A stretch of 64,000 bases of DNA. Origin: Verrucomicrobiia bacterium (lineage in GTDB: Bacteria; Verrucomicrobiota; Verrucomicrobiia; Limisphaerales; UBA1319). Positions 48,398-58,900 of this stretch are shown here, piece after piece; the first letter of the stretch is position 1, and each line of letters begins with the position of its first letter. The stretch is from positions 1,088,001 to 1,152,000 of the forward strand of contig OY760937.1 of assembly GCA_963664225.1 (NCBI GenBank), in the 5' to 3' direction. The notes under the pieces were generated by a model, which worked only from the letters and a program-made list of their open reading frames with translations, had not been told where the DNA came from and searched no databases. Both the position numbers and the translations under genes were made by a program.

Positions 48398-50494
48398 ATG
48401 AGCCTTGCGACGCCTCAGGATTGCGAAACGACCTCCTTCCGATCGCCAGCCGAGTTGCATATCGATTACGAGCGGGATCTTAATCCTGAGCAATATGCGG
48501 CGGTGATTGCCCCTCCGGGGCCAGCGTTGGTTCTCGCGGGGGCAGGGGCGGGCAAGACGCGCACTTTGATCTATCGGGTCGCCTATCTGCTGGAACAGGG
48601 TATTCCGGCCGACCGCATTTTGTTGCTTACATTCACGAACAAAGCGGCCCGGGAGATGATGCGGCGGGTGTCCGAACTCTTGGATGGCGCCGGACAGGCT
48701 TTATGGGGCGGAACTTTTCATTCCGTTGGCAACCGATTGTTGCGCCGCCATGCCGATGCCCTGGGGTTTTACCCGGATTTCAGCATTCTGGACAGCGACG
48801 ATGCCAAGCATTTGATTGGCGTCTGCCTGACGGAGAGCGATCTGAAAAAGACCGATAAACATTTTCCAAAAACAGAGGTTCTGGCGTCCATTTTCTCGCT
48901 TGGCATCAACACATGCGCGCCGATTCACAGGGTGCTTGAGAAACGGTTTCCACATTTCATTCATTTCGGGAAGGAGATCAAAGAGCTGCACGAAATGTAT
49001 CAGGAGCGCAAAAAGGCTTCCAATGCGATGGACTATGACGACTTGCTGGATCTGTGGCTGAAATTGCTGCAATCACGCAAAGATATGTGCGAGAGATACC
49101 AGCGGCAGTTCCAGTTCATTCTGGTCGATGAATATCAGGACACCAATCAAATCCAGGGCGATGTCGTGGATTTGCTTGGCGCGCGCCATCATAACATCAT
49201 GGCCGTGGGGGATGATTCCCAAAGCATCTACTCGTGGCGCGGCGCCAATTTCCGAAACATTCTCGATTTTCCAAACAAACATCCGGGAACCAGGATCTAC
49301 AAGATTGAAAAGAATTACCGCAGCACGCCGGAGATTCTGGAATTGGCCAATCAAGCCATCTCGGCCAACACGAACCAATTTCCGAAGGAATTGGCGGCCG
49401 TCCGCAAATCGGGTGCCAAACCGGTATTGGTAAAATGTGAGGACGCCTTCCAACAGGCGCAGTTTGTGGCGGACCGCATCAGGGAGCTGCGCGAGCAGGG
49501 CGTTTCCATGTCGGAAGTGGCGGTGCTTTACCGGGCCCATTTTCACGCAATGGAGCTTCAGATGGAATTCGTGCGCCAGCACATTCCCATGGCGATCACG
49601 AGCGGAGTGCGCTTTTTTGAGCAAGCCCACATCAAGGACGTAGTGGCGTGGCTTAAGCTCGTGGCCAATCCCAGGGATGAAATGGCCTTTAAGCGCATCC
49701 TGCAGCAATTGCCGGGAGTGGGTCCCAAAGCTGCGGACAAATTGTGGCAGGCCTTTCAATCCACAGTGGTCCCAAAGAAATCAGACGGCCCCGTTGCCAA
49801 TGTGCTTCCGACTCGAAAAGACAAGGGACGCCCCAGCGTAATTGGCGCAATGCCGGCTGAGGATTTAAGCCCAATGGCTCAACGCGCTGCGAATTGCGCT
49901 TCGGCGATGCCCAAAAAGGCCCAGTCTCTTTGGCCAGCCATTGCCGCAACCCTTGTCGATCTGGCCGATCCCCGGATCTGCAGCACTCCCGGGGCAATGA
50001 TCGAACATGTCCTGAACTCCGGATATGCGGAATATTTGAAGGTGACCTATGAGAACAGTGAATTGCGAATGGAGGATGTTCGCCAATTGATCGAGTTCTC
50101 TGGAAAATACAATGATTTGAGCGATTTTCTGGCGGAACTCTCCCTGCAAACCAATGTGGAAGCCCAGGAGAACACTCAAACGGTGGACGATAACGACAAG
50201 GTGCGTCTATCCACGATTCACCAAGCCAAGGGTTTGGAATACCATGCCGTATTTGTCATTATGCTCTGCGACGGCCTGTTCCCGAGCGCAAAATCCCAGG
50301 AATCGCCAGACATGGAGGAAGAGGAGCGACGGCTTTTTTATGTGGCCATCACGCGCGCGCGCAATGAGCTTTACCTGTGCTATCCGCAATTCAGACAGAG
50401 CGGGGGCTGGCAGGATGGGTATCAATTGCCATCGCGTTTTTTATCTGAAATCAAAGGGAAAAACCTGGATAAATGGTCTTCCGAGAAAGATTGA
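48398..50494 (+). CDS. UvrD/PcrA/Rep family ATP-dependent DNA helicase
   Basis: LNPEQ, AGAGAGKT, TFTNKAA, LVDEYQDTN, VGDDSQSIYSWRGA, NYRS, STIHQAKGLE, EERRLFYVAITRA. Confidence 0.95.
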   Translation: MSLATPQDCETTSFRSPAELHIDYERDLNPEQYAAVIAPPGPALVLAGAGAGKTRTLIYRVAYLLEQGIPADRILLLTFTNKAAREMMRRVSELLDGAGQALWGGTFHSVGNRLLRRHADALGFYPDFSILDSDDAKHLIGVCLTESDLKKTDKHFPKTEVLASIFSLGINTCAPIHRVLEKRFPHFIHFGKEIKELHEMYQERKKASNAMDYDDLLDLWLKLLQSRKDMCERYQRQFQFILVDEYQDTNQIQGDVVDLLGARHHNIMAVGDDSQSIYSWRGANFRNILDFPNKHPGTRIYKIEKNYRSTPEILELANQAISANTNQFPKELAAVRKSGAKPVLVKCEDAFQQAQFVADRIRELREQGVSMSEVAVLYRAHFHAMELQMEFVRQHIPMAITSGVRFFEQAHIKDVVAWLKLVANPRDEMAFKRILQQLPGVGPKAADKLWQAFQSTVVPKKSDGPVANVLPTRKDKGRPSVIGAMPAEDLSPMAQRAANCASAMPKKAQSLWPAIAATLVDLADPRICSTPGAMIEHVLNSGYAEYLKVTYENSELRMEDVRQLIEFSGKYNDLSDFLAELSLQTNVEAQENTQTVDDNDKVRLSTIHQAKGLEYHAVFVIMLCDGLFPSAKSQESPDMEEEERRLFYVAITRARNELYLCYPQFRQSGGWQDGYQLPSRFLSEIKGKNLDKWSSEKD

Positions 50495-50647
50495 TCCAAT
50501 GATTCCGATGATCGCGGTCGGCAGAAAGAGCAGGGGATTCTTCATTTCCCACCCTGCCCATGGACAGTCTATAAAGCCTTAAAACCCGTTCCCAGCCGCG
50601 GTAATTCGCGCGCTGAGATCCCGCCTCCAATTCTCGGCCACGCACTT

Positions 50648-52750
50648 TCAAGGGGCCAGTGTTTTGAGCAGGAAGGAGTATTCGAGCGCTTTCATGAATG
50701 CCGATTGTTTATTGTCGGCCGCACCGCCGTGCCCGCCTTCGATGTTTTCGTAATAGAGGATGTCGTGACCTTGCTCCTTCATCCGGGCAACCATTTTACG
50801 GGCGTGCGCGGGATGAACGCGGTCGTCGCGGGTGGAGGTGCGGAAGAACACGCGGGGGTATTTTTGGTCTTTGAAGACGTTTTGATAAGGGGAGTATTTG
50901 CGAATGTATTCCCAATCGGCGGTATCGGGATTGCCGTATTCATCCATCCAACTGGCCCCTGCCAGGAGTTTGTTGAATCGGCGCATATCCAGCAGCGGGA
51001 CCTGGCAGACGACCGCACCGAAGAGGTCAGGGCGTTCAGTGAGCATGACGCCCATGAGGAGTCCGCCGTTGGAGCCGCCCATGATTCCAAGATGTTTGGG
51101 CGAGGTGACCTTGCGTGATGCCAGGTCCTCGGCGATTGCGATGAAATCGTCATAGGCGCGCTGGCGATTTTGTTTGCGGGCGGCTTCGTGCCAGTTGGGG
51201 CCGAACTCGCCACCACCGCGGATGTTGGCAAGCACGTAAACGTTTCCACGCTCCAGCCATGCGGCGCCGGTTTCGGCATAGTACCCTGGGCGCATGGAGA
51301 TTTCGAATCCGCCATAGCCATAGAGGAGAGTCGGGTTTTTACCGTCCAGCGCCATGCCTTTGCGGCTGACCTGAAAGTAAGGGACCTTTGTGCCGTCCTT
51401 GGAAGTGGCTTCAAATTGGCGCACTTCCAGACCCTCGCTTTTGAAATAAGCGGGCAGGCTCTTGAGTTTATCCCGGTCAGGGCGTCCAATGGTCCCCAGC
51501 GAAAGTGTGGTGGGATTCAGAAACTCGGTGATGGTCATGAAATAGTCGTCCGATTCATCGGCATCAATTCCATAAGCACTCACACTGCCAAGGTCGGGAG
51601 CTGGCAAGGGAGTCCTGGTCCATTTGCCGTCTTTGTGCTGCCAGATGAAGAGCTTGTTGCGGACGTTTTCGAGCTCGTTGACGATGAGATAATTCTTTGT
51701 GGCGCTGGTTGCTTCGAGGGATTTGCGAGCCGTCGGTTCGAACAGGGGAAAGAAGGCGCGATCGCCTTTGAGGTAGGCTTCAAGATTCGCGGCCAGGAAT
51801 GATCCAGCGGGGTAGGTTTTGCCATTCAGGGTCCAATCCAGACGCAGGCGCAGGAGGATTTGATTCTCAAAAGTGGAGATTTCCACGTCGTCCGGCTTTT
51901 CGATTTTAACCCAGGAATCACCACGCCGGATGAAAGTCTCATTGCTGAAGAACGTGACGCCACGGCCAATGAATTCGTAGGTGTGCCCGTGATCATGAGC
52001 CACGCTGGCGCTCACGGCAACGTCGGTGGTTTTGCCTTCAAAGAGGGTTCGGGCCTGCGCCAGCGGGGTGCCGCGTCTCCATTCCTTGACGATGCGCGGG
52101 TATCCTGAATCAGTGAGCGAACCGGGACCGAAATCGGTGCCGACGTAAAGGGTGTCGCGGTCTCGCCAGGCAACGTCGCTCTTGGCTTCGGGCAGGAAAA
52201 ATCCGTTGGTGATGAAGCTCCTTGTTTTGAGATCGAACTCGCGGGTGACCGTGGCATCCGCACCACCGCGCGAGAGTAAAACGAGGCAGCGTTCATAATC
52301 CGGGTAGAGGGCATGAAACCCTTTCCAGACCCAATTTTCCTTTTCATCGAGGGCTAATTGATCGAGATCGAGCACGTTTTCCCAGGCTGGAGTGGTCTTT
52401 TTATATTCAGCAAGCGTGGTTCGTCGCCAGAGGCCTTTAATGTTTTTTTCGTCCCGCCAGAAGTTGTAATAGAAGGGTCCTTGTTTGGTGACGTACGGGA
52501 TTTTTTCCTTTGAATCGTAAATGGAAAGGAGGCGTTGACGGATCTTCTCGAATTCCGTCGATGCCTCAAGTTCGCGCGTGCTCAGGGCGTTTTGCTCTTT
52601 GACCCAGGCAAGAGCTTTGTCGCCGGTGACATCCTCAAGCCAGAGATACGAGTCGTCAGATTGCGGCGAAGGCGCCGTTTCGGCCTGTACGATCGAAAGA
52701 ACACTGGCCAGGAGGATAAACAATCCGCTAAAAATTGAGAGCTTGTGCAT
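50648..52750 (-). CDS. Secreted prolyl oligopeptidase (S9A)
   Basis: YLWLED, LYGYGGF, NIRGGGEFG, GGSNGGLL (Ser), DDRVHP (Asp), GGHG (His). Signal peptide from ATG 52750. Confidence 0.93.
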   Translation of the reverse strand: MHKLSIFSGLFILLASVLSIVQAETAPSPQSDDSYLWLEDVTGDKALAWVKEQNALSTRELEASTEFEKIRQRLLSIYDSKEKIPYVTKQGPFYYNFWRDEKNIKGLWRRTTLAEYKKTTPAWENVLDLDQLALDEKENWVWKGFHALYPDYERCLVLLSRGGADATVTREFDLKTRSFITNGFFLPEAKSDVAWRDRDTLYVGTDFGPGSLTDSGYPRIVKEWRRGTPLAQARTLFEGKTTDVAVSASVAHDHGHTYEFIGRGVTFFSNETFIRRGDSWVKIEKPDDVEISTFENQILLRLRLDWTLNGKTYPAGSFLAANLEAYLKGDRAFFPLFEPTARKSLEATSATKNYLIVNELENVRNKLFIWQHKDGKWTRTPLPAPDLGSVSAYGIDADESDDYFMTITEFLNPTTLSLGTIGRPDRDKLKSLPAYFKSEGLEVRQFEATSKDGTKVPYFQVSRKGMALDGKNPTLLYGYGGFEISMRPGYYAETGAAWLERGNVYVLANIRGGGEFGPNWHEAARKQNRQRAYDDFIAIAEDLASRKVTSPKHLGIMGGSNGGLLMGVMLTERPDLFGAVVCQVPLLDMRRFNKLLAGASWMDEYGNPDTADWEYIRKYSPYQNVFKDQKYPRVFFRTSTRDDRVHPAHARKMVARMKEQGHDILYYENIEGGHGGAADNKQSAFMKALEYSFLLKTLAP

Positions 52751-52951
52751 CACGGCCGCTACAAAAAGCCCGGATCGACCCGAGGTCAATTCATTTCTTG
52801 GGTTAAACAGGAAAATGAATTCATGCAAAGTGGGGCGCTGTCATTACTCTTTTCCCGGCATGAGCATCAGTTTTCGATTTAACGCATCAAAAACATTCGC
52901 TGCGAACGATGCGGAATATCCGATCCAGTGCGCTCTTCGCGGTCGCGATCA

Positions 52952-55900
52952 TCAGGGCAGTTGCGGAGTCCGCACCCGGTAATATCGATTGGTTAGAGTG
53001 TCGGGATCGGTGATTTGGATCAGGCGCGTCGGTGGTCCTGAAACCGCAGGAACGTCCACCAGCCGTTGCCAGGAACCAGGCGTTAGCGAATCGCTGAACT
53101 CAATGGTGTAAGATTTCTCTGCCATTGCGGAGAAGGTCAATGTCAGCGAATTCCCCCTGGCTACCTTCAGGCTCAACTCACTGGTTGGATCGAGAGGATT
53201 GGTTCCGGCCAGGTATTCCTGGAGGTTGGTCATGCCATCGTGATCCGGATCGGCTCCCGGTGCCGCCTCGGCGTTGGAGTAGGAGCCAAAGTACAGAATC
53301 TGCCAGGCGTCAGGTAAACCGTCGTTGTTGGCGTCCACCGGGGCGCTGGTATTGGGTTGGCCGGGGGTCGGAACGGCGGTGAACCAATTCGCGGGATCAT
53401 TTCCATAGGCAGACAACGTCTGACGCTGCAGAGAGAAGCCTGTGCCCATGGCGCCCATGGACCAGGGCAATGTGCCAGAATAGCGAACCTCCTCCACCAG
53501 GACATAAGGGACATATCCCGCGTCGGGATGCGGCGCGACTTGCGGAGCATCGGGTCTGTAGAGGGCAACCTTGTCGCTGGAATTCCCCAGGTGACCGGTG
53601 TAAGGCCCGTAAATCGGGACGTCGGCGCTGGCTGGATAGCGGTTGCGGAATGCTTGCAGGGCGAGGGGATCCGCTGGATCGATGTTGACCAGCAGTAAAC
53701 GTCCTCCGGCGGGCAACGAGACATTCTGTTGGAATGTATAGCCCACACCGCCCTTGATCATCCAGGTGTTGGTGGAAGCCGCGGGATCAAAGAGAACCGC
53801 TGTGGCTGTCGAGATGTTTTGCAGCTCGATGAATTCATCGAGCGTGTTGTCCTCGCCATCGGCGAAGGTCGGCGGAAAGAACATGATTTCACTGATGACC
53901 ACCGGGCCGATCAGCGGCGAAGCGTTGGCAGCGCCCGTGCCCGTGCGGAATTGCTCGACTGTCTGGGGATGATCCATCCCGAAGGTGGTGGCGCTCATGG
54001 GAACCAGATCCACTTGGCCGATGCTGTTGGTATGGCGACCGAAGGAGACCCCGTTGGCGCCAGCGCCGAAAGATTTCACGGCGCGATATCCGGTCATTGT
54101 TCCATCCGGCAGCGCTTCGGACAGGCAGACGGAATCCCCATGGGCGGAGTTAAACGTGAACGGAAGGCCCGAGCCATTCGTGGGGCTGAACTGGTATTCA
54201 TAGAAGACAATGTAGCCGTGCGCCGGAATGGAGGTGCCGCTGGGAATCTGATATTTTTTGGGCGACTCCTGAACATTGCTCAGGAACCAACCGCTCAAAT
54301 CCACCGGGGCCGCGCCATCATTGTAGAATTCAACCGCATCTTCCAGCGGCGGATCGGTGTGGGTGAGGACTTCGTTAACCACCACACCATTCAAGGGTAG
54401 GTAGTTGCTCGTGCCGGGTGTTGCGCTGGTGGCAAAGCGGACGACGTTTGTCGATCCATCCGGGAATCGTCCCTCGGAGACGCCGGTCTGTTGAGTGGCG
54501 AACGAGACGGCCGTGATCAATGTTTCCGCGGATGAAAAGAGGCCTATGGTTTCGCCCGTCTTACTCAGTTTTAAGTTAACATGATCCGCGCCTGAATTGA
54601 GGCTGCCATCCGCAAGGAACTGGATGTAGCCATGAATTCCCGAGCCAATAAATGACAACGGCGGAACAGGCGAGAGCGTCTTTTGTGTCAGGTTGTCCGT
54701 GAAGCACATGCGCCCCAGAGCCACTGGCTGGGCGCCGCTGTTAAACAGCTCGAACCAGTCGCTTCCACTCGCGGGATCCGCCATCCACTCGTTAACGATC
54801 AGTCCGGCGGCGGTTCCCAGTCCGGCGGCACTGTTCATGGCGACGGGTGTGGGCACATTAAGCGTCCAGGTGCCTGTGCCATCCGGCACGCGCCCAATGG
54901 AGTAATCCGGGGTCTGCAGGCCAAAGGTAATGGCGTCTATCAGTCCACCGCCGTTGGTCGCGCTGTTGAACAGGAACACGGATGTCCCTTTGGCCGAAAG
55001 GTTGAAGCCCGTATTGTCCGCTGAGGCCGGTTGGTTGCTATCGCAATAAAGAAGCAGGAACCCATTGGCGGGAACGAGCGTATTGGTCGCGAAAACGAAT
55101 TTGCGCGGGATGTTGGGATCATCGCTGAGGCTTAAACCCGCCAGGTTGATTTGGTTGGTCGAGGTGTTGGCCAACTCGATCCAATCGGATGTGCTTCCGT
55201 TGGCATTGGTGATCGACTCATTGCTGGCGAGTATTTCGTTGAGAACCACCGGCACGCCTTCCGTGGTGGTGGTGATGATGTTGGTGGTGTAATGCACCGC
55301 GGATAGTTGCATGCCAAACACGTCGTCGGAACTGCTTCCATTGACCTGGTGAACCTCCACAGCGATGACGTTGTCACCCACTACTGGCTGATTCGTTAAA
55401 ATGAGAAATTCCGGCGCGCCTTCATTAGGCTGATCCCCCGCGGTTGTCGCGTAGGTAACCACATCGGGCATCCGCAACGAGCCTGAGCGAACGCCATTCA
55501 GGTAATACACCGCTCCGTCATCCACAAAGTTGGTTGAGACCAGGACAATATTGTCCAGGCTTCCGTCCCATTGGAAATGAGTGCGATAATACACGGTAAT
55601 ATGACCGTTGGCCTGGGCCGGGGCAGGGATGGTGGTCACGAAGGGATACGGGTACTCCAGCGGAGTTGTCTCGCGGCCAAAGAGTCCCGTGCCGGTTGGC
55701 CAGGTGGAATCTGCGAATGCCGGTTCGCGCCAGGCGGTGCCGCGATCCGTGCCGGAGTTGTCGTAGCGCCAGGTGTTCGTAATGTCGAGCAGCTTGATGA
55801 CCTGCGAGGTGATATTGGTGACTGAAATTGTGCCTCCGTTCGCGACGGCATTGGGGCCGCCGGCGGTTGGCTGCGGGAAGCTCACAATGACATCACTGCC

Positions 55901-58900
55901 GCTGGGGCTGCGGCCCTGGGAGACGTCTGTGGACTGGGCGCCATAAGTGATGGTGTCGATCGGATTTAACAGGGCATCCGAAAGCAGAATGATTCCAACA
56001 TTCGGATTGAGCTTGAAGTTCAGATGATTTGCCCCCTGGGCGGGAGTGGCGTCCGCCACGAAGGACAGGTATCCACCGGCATCGATGTAACTGAATGCGG
56101 CCAGCCGATTGAGGTTTGGAGCGCCCTCGGCATTGGACAGATAGCAGCCTTGGAGGGCCACAGGATTGGTGGCCGTATTGTAAAGCTCCACAAAATCATT
56201 GTTCGCCAGGAACATGGAATCCGCCAGCCATTCGTTGATTTTCAAGTGATGGGGATCGTCCAGTGCCAGCGCAATGTTTTCACCTCCGAATGTGGGACGG
56301 CACAGAACCCAGGTGCCGTCCGCGGCGCGGCCCAGGGAGTGATCCGTTATTTGCTGGCCAAAGGTAATGGTGTCCAGAAGCCCGCCGCCGCGAATGCTTG
56401 AGTCATGGAGGAACAGGCTGTCTCCCGTTTGTTTCAAGGCGTAGCCAAGGTGCAAACCGTCCGTGCTGAACGCGCTGTCACCATACAAAACAAGGTATGC
56501 CCCAGCCGCCAGGGTGGTCCCAGGCGAGAAGGTGAAGGCGTAAGGTTGGAGGGAACTGGTGCTCAGGCCCATTCCCGATAAATCGACCGTGCTGGTCCCG
56601 TAGTTATGGATCTCGACCAGGTCCGGCGTGGTCCCGGCGTGGATCAATGCCGCTGAGTTCTTGGCCAGGATTTCATTGATCCGTATTGCGGGTGTTGTGG
56701 CGGGTGTCCAGGAGCTGTCGACCACCCATGTTCCGGTCGAGGTGATGATGGTCTCTTCACCCAACGCCGGATCATCCTGGTACCAACCGGAATCGCGTTT
56801 GCCAGTCACATCCACGGAATGGGGCCCGTTGGCAAGATTGGCAACCGTGATGGGCGTGGCAATGCCCGTTTCCGCGCTCCAGGCGCCGCCGTCCAGCCGC
56901 CATTTGTAGGCGACATAGCCCGATCCCTGTGGAAATCCCGCCGTGGGGATGCCAGATCCAGTCCGATTTACACCCACAAAGAGTGTGGCCGTGGTGAGGT
57001 TGTTGGTTCCTTTGGGGGCTCCCGAAATGGAGGCGCCAATCGGAATATTTCCACCCATGTCGCGACCATTGGGGCCGGTTCCACGCGCTGGGGAGCCAGG
57101 CAGCAGGCTCAACCAATCCCGCATGATTTGGGCGTCCTGCCAGTTGGTGAAGAAGGTTTCCGACACCTTTGGAATGTATGTCAGCAGGGGAGCGATTACC
57201 TGGTTGTTCGTACCCGGACCGGTCCATGCAAAAGGCAGGATGTTATTATTGAAGGTCACAGTCACCTGCGCCGGATCGTAATTGCGCACCAGTTGCTCGG
57301 CATCCTGAACAATATTTCCCTCAAGGTAATAGCCCTTGCCGAACGTGGTGATTGAAGGAGTGGTGTCGCGGACATTGACCACTCCCGAGTCGAAATCCTG
57401 TCCTCCGGCTTTGGTGGCGTGGATGATGGTGTTGTTGATCAGGGTGAAGTAATTCCCTTCCTTGATGGTGGCGGCGTTGTCGCAGTCGAAGAAGATGTTG
57501 CCGATGGCCGTGATCTCGGATGTATGCCCTGAATCGGCGCCTCCAGATATTGCGCTGGAACTGTCTGGAGAACCATTCCTGTGATTGTGCAGGAAAATGT
57601 TGCCCTCGATCCAGGCATCCGTGCCGTCCAGATCGAGGATGTCGTCACTGGCTCCCGCAAAGACGTTGTTGTAATACTGGATGATGGGCTGGCCCAGATC
57701 GCGATTGCCCCCGGTGAAATCCATGATGTCGTTATAACCCGTGGTCGTGCCAAAGAAACACTCCCGCACGATGCCCCGTCCGCCTGCCTTGACCCCGCCT
57801 GTGCCATGGAGCAATTCAAAGGGAGCCGTCGTGGTCGGAAAGACGCAGTGACTGAGCAGGAACGAGCTGCCATCCAGTGCGACATACTGGTGGGTGGTGG
57901 TTCCAAAAGTGGCGTGATCGAGGTAAATCGTGCCTCCGGCAACCTCGATGCAGGTTGTTCCGTTGCCCTCGAAGTGGACATAAGCCAGACGGGTCTCCGG
58001 TGAACCCACCGCGCCATCGATTGTCATGCCGCCCCAACTCACGCCAGTCCCGGGAGTCGTGGTGAAGAGGATGGGCTGCGTGTCCGTCCCTTCGGCTACG
58101 ATGCGACCGCCGTTGGCAACGACGATGTTCACACCGGAACCGAGATAAACCGTCGTGCCCGGTTCGATGGTGAGCGTGCTGCCGCTGTTCACGGTAAGGC
58201 TCGAGGTAATATTATAAGGCCCGCCTGCTGCGGTCCAGGTGGTGTTGGCGGCAATCGCGCCTCCCTCGGTTTGAACCGAGCCATCGTCATACCAGATGTC
58301 CGAATAGGTCCGGGCGCGTTCAATGCCATTCGCGTCGAGCGATTGAACCAGGACGTGGTTGATGCCCGGGGTCAGCGGCACATTGCTGATGGACCAGGTT
58401 CCCTCCCAAGCCACCCAGGCGGCGGCGATTCCATTGACCTTTACGCTGCGGGTGTCAATCGCGTTGGCGGCGCCCGTCAGCGAAACACTCCCAGTGGTTG
58501 TGTGGGGATAACCGCTCTGAACCGCCAGTGCATTTGAAACGGATAAGGAAAGGGGGATTTGAGAGAGCACCCAATTGACCTGCGCGGCGTTATACGCCTT
58601 CATGTTGTCGATTTTGTCCTGGGGCACCCACGAATTGAATAGTCGATCCAGCAGCGAATTCATCTGGTCAGGCCTGAACGCTGTATCCGCCAGTGTTTTA
58701 AGCCAGCGATAATAGATCGGGGCGAACTCGGGTGTCTTCATGAACTTGTTCATGACACTCAGGGCGTTCATCCGGAAAATGCTGTGCCTGGGCGGAATGG
58801 GTGTCAGACCTCGTCCCATCATGGTGTCCATGTCATAGGGTGTGGCTAGAAATCGCGTATCCGCCGCGCCGCGGTAAAGCGCGTAATCATCACCCACGCC